Positions 48,729 to 59,218 of a stretch of 64,000 bases of DNA are shown here, in pieces. The DNA lies in the NCBI GenBank assembly GCA_963692915.1, contig OY843584.1, positions 1,408,001 through 1,472,000 of the forward strand, read 5' to 3'. How positions within the stretch are numbered: the stretch's first letter is position 1; each line of letters begins with the position of its first letter. This stretch comes from Cenarchaeum sp. (GTDB lineage Archaea > Thermoproteota > Nitrososphaeria > Nitrososphaerales > Nitrosopumilaceae). The notes beneath the pieces are model-generated. The model made no database searches. It saw only the letters and a list, made by a program, of their open reading frames with translations, and was not told where the DNA came from. The position numbers were made by a program, and so were the translations under genes.

Positions 48729-50198
48729 ATGAGGCTAGTCATAAAGCACGACGGCGCATCGATCTCCGACGGGCCGTGCATCACGCGGGCAGCAGGAGCC
48801 GTTGCCGCAGCCGCCCGCGCCTCGCGCGCAGCGCCGCAGGGCACGATTGCAGTCTGCTCGGCAGTCGGCACGACGACTGACTCGCTAGTCGAGCTGGTTA
48901 GGCGCGCCGCGCGCGGCGATGCGGCCGGAGCCAACTCTATCGTCGGCGAGATAGCCGAGACGCACAAAAAGATCGCGCGCAGGACGCTGCCCGACGAGTC
49001 GGCCAGGGCACGCCTCATGACTGAGCTCGACTCGGACATTGGCGAGCTCGCCGGCCTTGCCGACGGCGTCACGCGCCTCGGCGACGTGACACGGCGATCA
49101 ACGGACTACCTCCTCTCCTTTGGCGAGCGCCTCGCAGTCAAGGTCTTTGCGCACGCGCTCGCCTCGACTGGAACCAGGGCAGTCGCGATGACCGGAGGCG
49201 AGGCCGGAATACTGACTGACTCAAACTTTGGCGAGGCGCGCCCGCTCATGGACACGACGCGCCTCCGCGTCGCAAGGGCGCTGGGATCGCACCTCGGCGA
49301 GGGCACGGTTCCGGTCATAGGCGGGTTTGCCGGAGTCGACCAGCACGGCCACACTACGACGCTCGGGAGGGGAGGATCAGACTATACGGCGACGATCATC
49401 GCCGCGTGCGCAGATGCTGATGAGGTCTGGATGATCAACGAGTCCGGGGGACTGATGAGCGCGGATCCCGAGATTGTGCGCGATGCCGCACCAGTCGCCT
49501 CTGTCTCATACGTCGAGGCCATGGAGATGTCAACGTTTGGGGCCAGGCAGATGCACCCAAAGACATTCGAGCCGCTCATCGGGACGCGCATACGCATGGT
49601 CATAGCGCGGGCCGCACCGGCCGGACAGCCGGCGCGGGCCGGCAGGCGGGGCATCGCGCGGCACGTGGACATGCCCTCGGCGACGGGGGTGAGCGCGAGC
49701 TCGGCGCGCACGATAAAGTGCGCAAGCTCGCTGCGCCACAACGCGCTAATCGACATACGCGGGGGCAGCATGGTCGGCGAGCCGGGAACAGCAGCACGCA
49801 TATTCGGCGCGCTCGCCGACGAGGGCGTCAACATAATGATGATCTCGCAAAACCCGTCCGAGTCAAGCATCACAGTCGTCGTAAAGAGGGCCGACCTGGA
49901 CCGCGCGGTCCACACGCTTGAGATAAACCTCCTTGGGGCCACGATAAAGAGCCTCGACGTGGTCCCAAACGTCGCCATAGTCGCCCTCGTGGGCTCGGGC
50001 ATGAAGGGCACGATCGGCGTGGCCGCCAGGGCGCTAGGCGCAGTCTCAAAAAGGCGCGTCAACATACTGATGATCACGCAGGGCTCCTCGGAGCTAAACC
50101 TCGCGTTTGCCGTAAAGGAGGCCGACTCGCGCGCCGCGGTCCGCGCCCTCCATGCCGAGTTTGGCCTCGGGCGCCGCCAGGGGGGTGCTCGAAGATGA
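48729..50198 (+). CDS. lysC: Aspartate kinase
   Basis: SFGERL, TTLGRGGSDYTA, SADP, two C-terminal ACT domains; N-terminal KFGG motif reads KHDG. Confidence 0.9.
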   Translation: MRLVIKHDGASISDGPCITRAAGAVAAAARASRAAPQGTIAVCSAVGTTTDSLVELVRRAARGDAAGANSIVGEIAETHKKIARRTLPDESARARLMTELDSDIGELAGLADGVTRLGDVTRRSTDYLLSFGERLAVKVFAHALASTGTRAVAMTGGEAGILTDSNFGEARPLMDTTRLRVARALGSHLGEGTVPVIGGFAGVDQHGHTTTLGRGGSDYTATIIAACADADEVWMINESGGLMSADPEIVRDAAPVASVSYVEAMEMSTFGARQMHPKTFEPLIGTRIRMVIARAAPAGQPARAGRRGIARHVDMPSATGVSASSARTIKCASSLRHNALIDIRGGSMVGEPGTAARIFGALADEGVNIMMISQNPSESSITVVVKRADLDRAVHTLEINLLGATIKSLDVVPNVAIVALVGSGMKGTIGVAARALGAVSKRRVNILMITQGSSELNLAFAVKEADSRAAVRALHAEFGLGRRQGGARR

Positions 50199-51937
50199 CG
50201 CGGGCCCTGCCCATCATGCTCCTCGTGGCCCTCGCCCTGGCCGGCGCAATGGCTGCCGAGGCCGACGCGCTAGCGGCGCGCAAGCTCCACTTTACGTCGA
50301 CCTATACGTCATACGCCCTTGACGTTCGCGCACAGGGTGATGAGATGGTCGCCATGGTCCTGCCGCCTAGCGCCGGCACCGTGTATGTGGGCTCGATCAC
50401 GTACACGGCAAGCTCGCCGCTGCGCATCGTCGTTCTCCACGCCCTCGACGGGCCGGCCGCCGGACAGCCGGCATGGGAGATACCGGGCCAGGACACGTAT
50501 GCGGCGTCATACCTGGGAGCCAACGCAACATCGGGATCCTTTGCGTTCGTCGGCACGGCCGTCCTCCTCCACTCCGCAGAGCCAGACGCGTTCGTCGCGA
50601 CTGCGAGCGTGGATGCCTTTGCGCGCGGCGCGCCCGCCGAGATCAGAGTTGAGAGGATCGAGGTCATCGAGGCCGAGCAGCCCGTCGAGCTCGTGCGCGC
50701 CGAGGTTCCAGTCACGCTGCCGCTCCACGAGGGCATCCTCGATGACGAGCGCGTCCTGTACACGATAACTGACTCTAGTGACGAGGATCTCGCCGACGAG
50801 CTGACCGGAAAGCAAGAGTGGCCAGTCTCCTTTGCGCCGCCGCTAGCGGCCCTCCTCGAGCCCACAGAGGGCGCCGGAACCCACGAGCCAAACAGGATTC
50901 ACGTGTTTCGCAACGGCGTAAAGGGCGAGGGGCTTGAGGGGTATCAGGTGGAGGTCTTTGGCGTCGCCCCGGGTGACGGCGCATACACGCCGGCAAGCTC
51001 GCTCGTGTACGTCGAGTGGAAGCGCAACCTAAACCCCGAGATTCTCGTCTCCATTGAGGAGATCGAGCAGGCCGTCACGGACTCGCGCATCTCCCTAGAG
51101 GAGGCCGGCATTGTGCTAAACGTCCCGCAGGTCTCCTGGCCCGGCGGCGCGCTCCCTCTTGAGGCGCCCGGCGAGCCGGATAGCGCCGACGCCGAGATGG
51201 CGCTTGACGACGGCGGCGACGCACAGGACGAAGACGCGGAGTCTCCTGGAGCCGAAGAGTCCGGCGAGGAGGCAAGCGAGGATGACGCAGGCGAAGGCGA
51301 CGCAGGCGCCAAAGAGGACGCCGAGATGGCCGAGGATGAGGGCGATGTGGCCGCAGGCGACGGCGACGCAGGCGATGACGCCAACGGCGCCGGAGAGGCA
51401 GTGGACGAGGAGGACTCGGGCGCCAACGGAGAGCCAGACGCCAAGGCCCTGGACATCGACGTGCCAGAGGCATACCAGGCAAGCGAGGTCAACGTCGAGG
51501 AGATGACGGCCACGTTCATCGCGCGACGCGCGTGGGGGCCTGACGGCCAGACGATATACCACATCATGGCAGGCGCCACGCCGTCCGGACCGGCCCGCGT
51601 GACTGGCACGGCGGACTCGCACGGAATGCAAAACTATACGGCAACGCCGGCTGTTGCGGACCTTTATTATTTCAGGGGCGGCCTCAAGGGTGACGGCGCG
51701 CTAGGCTCGCAGCCAAGCGTCGCTGGCGTGGCGCCGGGAACCGACGAGTACACGCCGCTCTGGCGCGTGCACGTCGTAGAGTGGGCAGACGAGAATGACG
51801 CCGCAATAGTGGAGACACGCGATGACATTGACCACCTTGTCGCAGAAGAGGCCATAACCGTGAGCGCAGCACGGCCGCTCGGGCATGACCTCGTTGTCAA
51901 CGCGCCAGTGATAGACCCGTTCTGGTCAAAAGAGTAG
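50195..51937 (+). CDS. Exported protein with duplicated YTP-motif domains and long acidic linker
   Basis: Signal peptide; two similar halves (F.NG.KG.G..G.Q..V..VAPG...YTP); D/E/G/A-rich insert. Confidence 0.75.
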   Translation: MTRALPIMLLVALALAGAMAAEADALAARKLHFTSTYTSYALDVRAQGDEMVAMVLPPSAGTVYVGSITYTASSPLRIVVLHALDGPAAGQPAWEIPGQDTYAASYLGANATSGSFAFVGTAVLLHSAEPDAFVATASVDAFARGAPAEIRVERIEVIEAEQPVELVRAEVPVTLPLHEGILDDERVLYTITDSSDEDLADELTGKQEWPVSFAPPLAALLEPTEGAGTHEPNRIHVFRNGVKGEGLEGYQVEVFGVAPGDGAYTPASSLVYVEWKRNLNPEILVSIEEIEQAVTDSRISLEEAGIVLNVPQVSWPGGALPLEAPGEPDSADAEMALDDGGDAQDEDAESPGAEESGEEASEDDAGEGDAGAKEDAEMAEDEGDVAAGDGDAGDDANGAGEAVDEEDSGANGEPDAKALDIDVPEAYQASEVNVEEMTATFIARRAWGPDGQTIYHIMAGATPSGPARVTGTADSHGMQNYTATPAVADLYYFRGGLKGDGALGSQPSVAGVAPGTDEYTPLWRVHVVEWADENDAAIVETRDDIDHLVAEEAITVSAARPLGHDLVVNAPVIDPFWSKE

Positions 51938-52010
51938 GCGCGTCTTGCACACTGGATGATTGTAAAAAAAAGCAGGGGTGTGCGGCAAGCCACACACCCC
52001 CAGTTTGGAT

Positions 52011-52823
52011 TTAAGGAACGTGTGCAGAGTATGCTCTGTAATAGATCTCCTCTGCTCGCTTCTCGAGGGGCTGCATCTGCTCCTCAAAGTCGTCCCGTTG
52101 TTCGTCAGTCAGTTCTGGCATGCCTAGTCCGGCCGCGTCCATGATCGCCTCGTTCTGCCTGTCAAGCTCGTCTAGCTTGTCATAGAGCGCGTCGATCTGT
52201 GCGTATATGGCGTCGTAGCGGTGCTCTAGCGGCGCAAGCCTCGCGCCAAGCGTGAACTCTTGGACTACGGTGGGAGCCTGATCGTCAATTCCAAACGATC
52301 TGGCTATGTCCTCGGCTTCTGCGCCTATCTTCTTAAGCTCGGCTGCATCCTCTGCGCTCATGCCCGCATTAGAGTCGCCATAAACCTGGCTCATCCTCTC
52401 CTGCTCGGTATCCATGTGCTCGGCGATTGCGCTAATCTGCGCTTCGCTGAGCTGTGGGGGTGCTGCGTCGAACTCGGCAAGAAGTGCGTCATACCTGGCG
52501 TTGAGCACGTCGACATCCTCGGCGTCTGCGTCGCCGTTGGATGCGGCGACGTAACCCGCAAAGATTGGCTCTGCGCGCTCGAGTAGCCTGCTGGCCTCTT
52601 CCTCAGTCAGGCTCGGGACGCTGACCCCGATGCCTTCGAGGACCGCCTCGCGCTCTGACTCGATTGCCTCGATCTCGGCGAACAACCTGGCCTCCTCGGC
52701 CCCGTCGCCCATGTGGTTCCAGCCGCCCATTGCCCATGCGGGCAGGCCGGTGGCGCCTACGGCGACGAGTCCGGCGACTGCCAGGACTGCCACAACTGCT
52801 GCATTTCTGCGTGTGTGATTCAT
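52011..52823 (-). CDS. Exported acidic helical protein, unknown function
   Basis: Signal peptide with RR; internally repeated P.L(T/S)E.Q...L helical units. Confidence 0.7.
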   Translation of the reverse strand: MNHTRRNAAVVAVLAVAGLVAVGATGLPAWAMGGWNHMGDGAEEARLFAEIEAIESEREAVLEGIGVSVPSLTEEEASRLLERAEPIFAGYVAASNGDADAEDVDVLNARYDALLAEFDAAPPQLSEAQISAIAEHMDTEQERMSQVYGDSNAGMSAEDAAELKKIGAEAEDIARSFGIDDQAPTVVQEFTLGARLAPLEHRYDAIYAQIDALYDKLDELDRQNEAIMDAAGLGMPELTDEQRDDFEEQMQPLEKRAEEIYYRAYSAHVP

Positions 52824-53123
52824 TGTGTATAGTATAGGAGTACTAGTATATCAATGTGCCCTGCCGCTTGCGGCATGGCTGTGCTGGGCCGTTTGGGGGC
52901 TCTGGGCGCTCTGGCGAGGCTGGACGGCCCACCCAAGTCACAAATTTGGCACGGCCTCCGGCCTTCATCGCCAACACTGCCGCTCTTCCACACACCTATA
53001 GATATTAAAAACAAAACAAGCTGGATTTTTGTCATGGCACCTATTACAACGTCCGGCATTATCATCAACACGCCAATCGTGATTGAAAGCATAAGCAGCA
53101 CGAGCGTTCATGCGCCAGTCTAT

Positions 53124-53753
53124 TCATTCTACTTTGAAAAATCTTGCCTTTTGCAGCTCATCACAGATTTTTTCTATTTGCGATTTTGGAAATTTGTATT
53201 TGATGCGCCCTGCATGACCAATTAGATCTTTGACCGGCACGGAGTCATTCTTGTGCAAGTACACAAGTGTGCTTGCAACCTCCAACCAACCTACATCATT
53301 GTGTTGTTTTGCAAATTCTAAAAATTGCTCCTTTTCAATCCAATCTTTTAAGCCGCCATCTGGAGTGTCTTTTATATCTTGAATCCTGTAATAGTCATTT
53401 GCGAGTTCGGGCGAATATGGTCCATATATGTAGAGTGTATGCAAATAGCGAAATTCCAGACCAAAACATCGCTGTGCGAAATACGTGAACTTTTGTATTT
53501 TTATTCGTGTCTCTAGCTTGGATTTTCGTGGGTTGGTTCCACAGTCAATTAGATTGTTAGAATAGAGCAATTTCAAGAATGGCCCTATTCTGATGTCTGC
53601 CTTTCTAGCTAGATACTCGTCATAGAGACCTTGATACGACTTGTCAATGGCCGTCGGCCTTGTGGCAGTGTCTGGGCTACGGTGTTTCGCGGTTATGTCC
53701 TTCGACGTGAGGTGTAGCGCTGTGCGCACCCGCATACCTATATGCTCGCCCAT
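53124..53753 (-). CDS. YwgA/Panacea(SocA)-like antitoxin-type protein, low GC
   Basis: RIKIQKFTYFAQ...YIYGPYSPELA...WLEVASTLVYL motif set; AT-rich codon usage. Confidence 0.6.
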   Translation of the reverse strand: MGEHIGMRVRTALHLTSKDITAKHRSPDTATRPTAIDKSYQGLYDEYLARKADIRIGPFLKLLYSNNLIDCGTNPRKSKLETRIKIQKFTYFAQRCFGLEFRYLHTLYIYGPYSPELANDYYRIQDIKDTPDGGLKDWIEKEQFLEFAKQHNDVGWLEVASTLVYLHKNDSVPVKDLIGHAGRIKYKFPKSQIEKICDELQKARFFKVE

Positions 53754-54323
53754 CACAAAGCAAGTCAAAGTCCTATCATAATTTAAGTATTTAATTGAAC
53801 TTCAGATTTTCATGCATAGTTGTGCACAGTCTGAACAGAACTTGTGTTCTTAGCTACAGCACCCGATCATCTTGCGTGCTGTACCACGAACTCGGTCCTG
53901 GGACTTTGATGCCAAAAGCCCTAGAGCCCAAGCTGTCCAAACGATGCCATTGAGAACTTGATGAGCGCCACAGCATAATCTCACTTACACACACCTGTCT
54001 AGCACAGGGCTCGCCACATTCGAGACTGCGCGTAGTAAATGAATCGGGGTCGTACCACTTGACTATGGCGCGAATCATTGATCTTACGACTAGATTTCTT
54101 CAAATAATTTATTAAGTACACTGCACGATGCCTGATTCATGGTGTAGCCGGTCTGATGGCTATCCTAGGGCGGCGGGCGCGGCTGTAGAGCTGTACCGCC
54201 GTTCCGCACCCAAAACGACAAGATTGTGCAGCCTGCTCCCAGACCTTTTGTGGGGGCGGGTCAATGATCGCGCGTTGGACGCCGGGAACCGGTTATAAGC
54301 GGCGACGCAGGGCCGCCCACGCG

Positions 54324-55112
54324 TTGGCAGGCACGCTATACATCGTCGGCGTCGGACCGGGTCACCACGATCACATGACCTTTGGCGCAAGGCGCGCAAT
54401 CGAGCAGAGCGACACGATTGTGGGGTACGAGACGTACGTCAACCTCGTCGCGGACCTCATCGACGGCAAGGACGTCTACCGCTATGCGATGACACAAGAG
54501 GTCGAGCGCGCGCGCCAGTGCATAGAGCTTGCCAGGTCGGGCAGGACAGTCTCACTAGTCTCAAGCGGTGACCCTGGAATCTACGGCATGGCGGGCCTCA
54601 TATACGAGACGCTAGTCGAACAGGGCTGGAAGTCCGGTGACGACCCACACGTCGAGATACTCCCCGGAGTCTCGGCCCTCAACTCTTGTGCGTCGATCGT
54701 CGGCTCGCCGCTAATGACTGACTTTGCCGTGATAAGCATGAGCGACCTCCTCGTCCCGTGGGAGATAATACTAAAGCGCGCCGAGGCCGCCGCACGTGGG
54801 GACTTTGTGATCGTTATCTACAACCCGTCAAGCAAAAAGCGCATACACCAGCTGCGTGACACGCGCGAGCTCCTCCTCAAATATAGATCCGCAGACACGC
54901 CAGTCGCAATAGTAAAGGGCGCATACCGCGAAAGCGAGTCCGTCGTCCTCACGGATCTCGGATCCATGGAACGCCACGCAGACAAGCTCGGCATGATAAG
55001 CACGGTCATCGTGGGCAACTCCTCGACGTACCGCCACGGCGACCTGATGATCAACCCGCGCGGATACCGCTCAAAGTACTCGCTAAACCCCGACGCGCCG
55101 GCTAGCCCATGA
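54324..55112 (+). CDS. cbiH: Precorrin-3B C17-methyltransferase
   Basis: VGVGPG, SSGDPGIYGMAG, SMSDLLVPW, YNPSSKKR, NPRGY. Confidence 0.94.
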   Translation: MAGTLYIVGVGPGHHDHMTFGARRAIEQSDTIVGYETYVNLVADLIDGKDVYRYAMTQEVERARQCIELARSGRTVSLVSSGDPGIYGMAGLIYETLVEQGWKSGDDPHVEILPGVSALNSCASIVGSPLMTDFAVISMSDLLVPWEIILKRAEAAARGDFVIVIYNPSSKKRIHQLRDTRELLLKYRSADTPVAIVKGAYRESESVVLTDLGSMERHADKLGMISTVIVGNSSTYRHGDLMINPRGYRSKYSLNPDAPASP

Positions 55113-56142
55113 TGATCGAGCGCGTCTCGTCATCCACCTTTAGCGCATCGCGAATCGGAGAGACGATCCTGACTATGGCCTCGGCAACGCCGGCCTTTAG
55201 GTCAGACGGGTGGAGCGCTCCGGACGCATAGTCGTCCTCGAGCTCGCCATACGTCGCATACGAGACATTGCCGCCAAACTTTTCGGCGCGCTCCACCTGC
55301 AGGCTTGCGCCGTCGCGAAGCACGATGTGGCGCGCAATGGCCAGCGGCGCATTGCCCTCAGTCACGCGCGCCTCGCACCACGCGCGCTTTAGCTTTGAGC
55401 GTATCGTCTCATCAGGGTCATGCATAAAGATGCCCGAGTCCGGTGCGGACTTTGACATCTTGGCTGCGGCCCCGCCGCCGCCAGCCGAGCCGCCCGGACC
55501 GCCAAGTCCTGGCAGGAGCGCCTGGTGGACAGAGACGGGAACCTTCCAGCCGAGGCGCGGAAAGGCCTCGCGCACGAGCATGTGTATCTTGCGCTGGTCC
55601 ATTCCGGCGTGCGCGATGTCGATGTCAAGGGAGTGGATGTCAACTGCCTGCATGGGGGGATAGAGGAGCTTTGCGAGGTCGACGCTGTCTGACTCTGCCC
55701 TGCCCATTATCGTGAGCGTTCTCATCGCGCGCGGCAGGCTCACGTGCCTTGAGAGGCGCGCGACGTCATGCCAATAGCCATCAGTCCTGGAATAGAGCTC
55801 GCTCCCCGTGACTATCTCGGCGTTCGGGCAGACCAGCGCAAACGCGTCAGCATAATAGCGAGACACGCGCGATATCGACTCAATGTCGCCGTCGAGCTTG
55901 TCATTTAGCAACGTGTGCCAGTCGGCAAGAAAGACGGTGCAGTGGCATCCGGCTGCCGCAAAGTCGTTTATCTTGTATCCCGTGCTCAGGAGGCTGCCGA
56001 GGTGGAGGAATCCGGAGACCTCGAGGCCGATATAGTGGCGCGGCGAGTCGTTGGTCTCTAGGAGCGCCTCGAGCTCGGCGTGCGTGACTGTCTCCTCGGT
56101 CGGCGCGCGCTCGATGAGCGCGAGCCTCTCCTGCACGTCCAT
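55102..56142 (-). CDS. tyrS: Tyrosine--tRNA ligase
   Basis: YIGLEVSGFLHLG, LYPPMQAVD, GMDQRKIH, KMSKS, LHPSDLK. Confidence 0.95.
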   Translation of the reverse strand: MDVQERLALIERAPTEETVTHAELEALLETNDSPRHYIGLEVSGFLHLGSLLSTGYKINDFAAAGCHCTVFLADWHTLLNDKLDGDIESISRVSRYYADAFALVCPNAEIVTGSELYSRTDGYWHDVARLSRHVSLPRAMRTLTIMGRAESDSVDLAKLLYPPMQAVDIHSLDIDIAHAGMDQRKIHMLVREAFPRLGWKVPVSVHQALLPGLGGPGGSAGGGGAAAKMSKSAPDSGIFMHDPDETIRSKLKRAWCEARVTEGNAPLAIARHIVLRDGASLQVERAEKFGGNVSYATYGELEDDYASGALHPSDLKAGVAEAIVRIVSPIRDALKVDDETRSIIMG

Positions 56143-56175
56143 GCGCAACGCGCACAAGGGCGTGCGCCTATAAGC

Positions 56176-56763
56176 CTACCCCGTGGCGGGCTTGCGCGGC
56201 CGCGTGCTCAGGTACAGCGCATGGGCCGAGACGATAAACGCCGCGAGAAACGACTTTGTCGCAAATATCAGGTTCCACGGCCTGCCGGGATCCGGATACG
56301 CGACATATAGCGAGTCAATGTCCGGAACCGTGCCGTTGATTACACCGGCGGCTATCTTTGCGTTGAGGACCGTGAATGACCAGAGCGTCTCATACAGGCA
56401 GATTGCCGCAAAGCCGACTAGCATGAGCTGCAGGAGCGCCATTCTGCGCCCGCCTATCTTGCCGGACACGGTTCGCCTCCACCCAATCCTCGTCACGCAG
56501 TACCACCCGATAATCGAGGAGAAGAAGAGCCATGTTGAGAGCTTGGCAAAGTTCTCAAAGGGAACCTCCGTTGAGACGAGGACCTCGCCGAGCACATAGT
56601 AGCCGGTTCGCGCCCACTCGTCGTACATTGCGGCCATCCCGTATATGGCGATCGAGCCCATCATGGCCATGCAGATGTAAAAGATGACAAGGTATACGGC
56701 ATATCCGGGATCCCCGCGCTCAAGGTGCTCGCCGGCTGACATCGCGCGTTGCGCCGGTGGCAT
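56176..56763 (-). CDS. Membrane protein, unknown function
   Basis: Four hydrophobic segments; YP...PWNLIFATK motif. Confidence 0.72.
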   Translation of the reverse strand: MPPAQRAMSAGEHLERGDPGYAVYLVIFYICMAMMGSIAIYGMAAMYDEWARTGYYVLGEVLVSTEVPFENFAKLSTWLFFSSIIGWYCVTRIGWRRTVSGKIGGRRMALLQLMLVGFAAICLYETLWSFTVLNAKIAAGVINGTVPDIDSLYVAYPDPGRPWNLIFATKSFLAAFIVSAHALYLSTRPRKPATG

Positions 56764-56779
56764 GGGTATAAAGCGGCTT

Positions 56780-57136
56780 CTAGTAGCCGTCCTTTTGGCG
56801 CCTGACGTTTATGCCGTGCTTTCGCTCATACTCATCGAGGACATCCTGCGGCGTCATGCCGAGCTCGATGGCGGCCTGGACCACAAAGTGCCACACGTCT
56901 ATGAGCTCCTCGCGCGCGGCAGCCTCGTCAAACTCACCGCGGGCCTTCCACCACTTCCAGCTCGTCGTGCGCTGGAGCTCGACGGCCTCGTGTATCATTG
57001 CTATGCACAGCGCAGATATGCGCTCCTCGCGCCCCTTTGGGTAGCGCGTCGCGTCCATCATGCCGGCGAGCTCGCGCTGTATGCGAAATATGCGCCCAAG
57101 TGAGTCCTCGCGGCTAGAATCCGGTGATTCGCCCAT
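56780..57136 (-). CDS. Dimeric (all-alpha) dUTPase family protein
   Basis: EAVEL...WKWWK, EELIDVWHF, K..IN.RRQ..GY. Confidence 0.88.
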   Translation of the reverse strand: MGESPDSSREDSLGRIFRIQRELAGMMDATRYPKGREERISALCIAMIHEAVELQRTTSWKWWKARGEFDEAAAREELIDVWHFVVQAAIELGMTPQDVLDEYERKHGINVRRQKDGY

Positions 57137-58007
57137 ACTCCCTCATCCTTGACTCTATCCTGGCCCGCGATGTGGCCGAGAGCGCGCGCACGCCATGGGC
57201 CTCCACGGTGATCGATCCCACGACGTTGCCGTACGCCACAGCGCGCCTCATCGCCGTTATGCCCGTCCTCCCGCCGTCCTCGAGATATCCCATGACCGCA
57301 CCGGCAAACGAGTCGCCGGCACCGGTGGGATCCACAAGCTTGCGCGTCGGGAATGCCGGATACGGATAGACATCGCCGCCGTGGTAGAGGAGCGCGCCGT
57401 GCTCGTCCTTTTTGATAATGACAAATGTCGCGCCCCACGAGGCGATCTTTTTTGCGCAGCGCACGAGATCATGCTCGTGCGTGAGGAGTCGGGCCTCCTC
57501 GGCGTTGATGACAGTCGCATCAGTCTCACGGATCATGCGCACGACGGCGCGCTTTTTTGTGCGTATCCAGAGGTCTATCGTGTCACACATTGAAAAGCGA
57601 GGCCGCTCAAAGTCGCCTAGCACGCCGACGTTTTGCACAGGATTGTTGGTCGCAAGGTAGACGTAGCGGCTGCGCCTGTACGCCTCTGGCACCCTCACGC
57701 GCCTGCCGGCGCTCACGCCGAGATCAACCTTTAGCGTCTTGCGCGACTCGAGGTGGCGGCCATACCTCGCATCAAACCGGAACGTCCTGCCCTCGCGCAG
57801 CTCAATGCCGGCGAGGTCAACGCGCCGGCCAAGCTCGCGCGTATAGCGGGCCGGAAAGTCGCTCCCAGTCGTCCCAACAAGGCCCGTCTTGGCAAAGTGG
57901 CTTGCCGCAAGCGCGGCATATGCGGCCGAGCCTCCAAGTATGTCAGTGTTCACCCTCCCGTGGGTTCTTATCGTGTCAAGCGAGACGGATCCAAACACCG
58001 CTAGCAT
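57114..58007 (-). CDS. PfkB family carbohydrate kinase
   Basis: LGGSAAY, N..EA, DPTGAGDSFAG. Confidence 0.92.
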   Translation of the reverse strand: MLAVFGSVSLDTIRTHGRVNTDILGGSAAYAALAASHFAKTGLVGTTGSDFPARYTRELGRRVDLAGIELREGRTFRFDARYGRHLESRKTLKVDLGVSAGRRVRVPEAYRRSRYVYLATNNPVQNVGVLGDFERPRFSMCDTIDLWIRTKKRAVVRMIRETDATVINAEEARLLTHEHDLVRCAKKIASWGATFVIIKKDEHGALLYHGGDVYPYPAFPTRKLVDPTGAGDSFAGAVMGYLEDGGRTGITAMRRAVAYGNVVGSITVEAHGVRALSATSRARIESRMREYGRITGF

Positions 58008-58021
58008 GGTAGGCCGACGCG

Positions 58022-58468
58022 CTATGCCCCGTGTATAAACCCGCCCACAGTGTCATACTCGAAGGGTATCGATATGGACGCAAAGAGCACGTCATATGCC
58101 GTCACGCCCACGATCCTCACGCTAGAGCTCCCCTGCGAGGCGCCTGCCTCGACGAGGTACTCGCCGCCGACTGTGGCGCTTCCCATGGCCGGCATGACAA
58201 AGGGCTCTATCGTGCCGCTTCCGATGTCACGCCCGCCCTCGACTACGACAAAGTCGGTCTTGCCGACTGCGATCGGGAGGATTGTGGGGTTCTCGACGGC
58301 GACGGTCAGCGCATACGTCGAGCCGGCCTCGCCGCTCTCGACGAGCTCGCTGCCGGCCACGCTCACAGATATGCCCGTGGCCGCAACGTACTGCCAGCCC
58401 CCAAACGCGCCTAGCGTGATTATGGCCATAATGGCCACCCTTCTGCGACTTGGCCGCTCCATGCCCAA
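58022..58468 (-). CDS. LEA_2-like membrane-anchored protein
   Basis: N-terminal TM helix then VENPT motif and beta-rich body. Confidence 0.65.
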   Translation of the reverse strand: MGMERPSRRRVAIMAIITLGAFGGWQYVAATGISVSVAGSELVESGEAGSTYALTVAVENPTILPIAVGKTDFVVVEGGRDIGSGTIEPFVMPAMGSATVGGEYLVEAGASQGSSSVRIVGVTAYDVLFASISIPFEYDTVGGFIHGA

Positions 58469-58574
58469 TGGTTCCTTTTTGCCTTTTTAACTGCGGTGTG
58501 CATAAAATTTGATCTCAACTCGGATCTCATTAGAGCCGCCGACCTTAAATCAACTCGGGGATGGTGCGTGGGGC

Positions 58575-59036
58575 ATGGCAAAGCTAAAGGTCAGGGCCGG
58601 CGAGTCTGAAGTCGAGATAGACTCGCGCGACTTTTACGTTGACAATGACACCGTAGCCGAGGTTATCGACCTCGTCAGGACGCACCTGCCCGAGGCCGAC
58701 CGCGGCGAGGGCGCCACCACCGACGCGCTTGACTCCCTCGAGGAGGCCGAGGTCTCCGAGCCCGAGCTGCCCGACGGTGAGCCGGCCACTGCCACCGAGC
58801 CTGTCGCCCTTGCGCGCCGCGAGGACATTCGGAGAAACATCTCGGCACTCCAGGAGACAGAGTTCTTTGAGGAGCCGCGCACGGCATCAGATACCGTCGA
58901 GCGCCTGCGTGAGCGCGGGTGGGGCGCAAGCCTCCTTGACGTCTCAAAAGAGCTCGCAAGAATGTCTGCTGAGCGACTAATCCGCGTCAACTCGCGCGAC
59001 AGGCGCAACTATTACTCTGTCGCCCTGGCGCGCTAG
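58575..59036 (+). CDS. Hypothetical protein with C-terminal winged helix
   Basis: FFEEPRTASDTVERLRERGW...LDVSKELARM. Confidence 0.7.
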   Translation: MAKLKVRAGESEVEIDSRDFYVDNDTVAEVIDLVRTHLPEADRGEGATTDALDSLEEAEVSEPELPDGEPATATEPVALARREDIRRNISALQETEFFEEPRTASDTVERLRERGWGASLLDVSKELARMSAERLIRVNSRDRRNYYSVALAR

Positions 59037-59218
59037 GCAGAATGCCCGCACGCCTTGCACGACTCGAACACGTCGCCCTCTAGATGGTCAAAGTGCGCCC
59101 CACAGTCTGCGCACGTGTGGTGCATGTCGCGATCGCCGTCCGCATGAACCTCGCCGAGCTCGCGCGCATCAAGGCTCGTCGAGCCGCACCTTATGCAGTG
59201 GCACCCGCACGAGGCCAC
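59033..59218 (-). CDS. Small Cys/His-rich zinc-binding protein
   Basis: CIRC, HTCADC, HFDH, CKAC. Confidence 0.7.
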   Translation of the reverse strand: MASCGCHCIRCGSTSLDARELGEVHADGDRDMHHTCADCGAHFDHLEGDVFESCKACGHSA

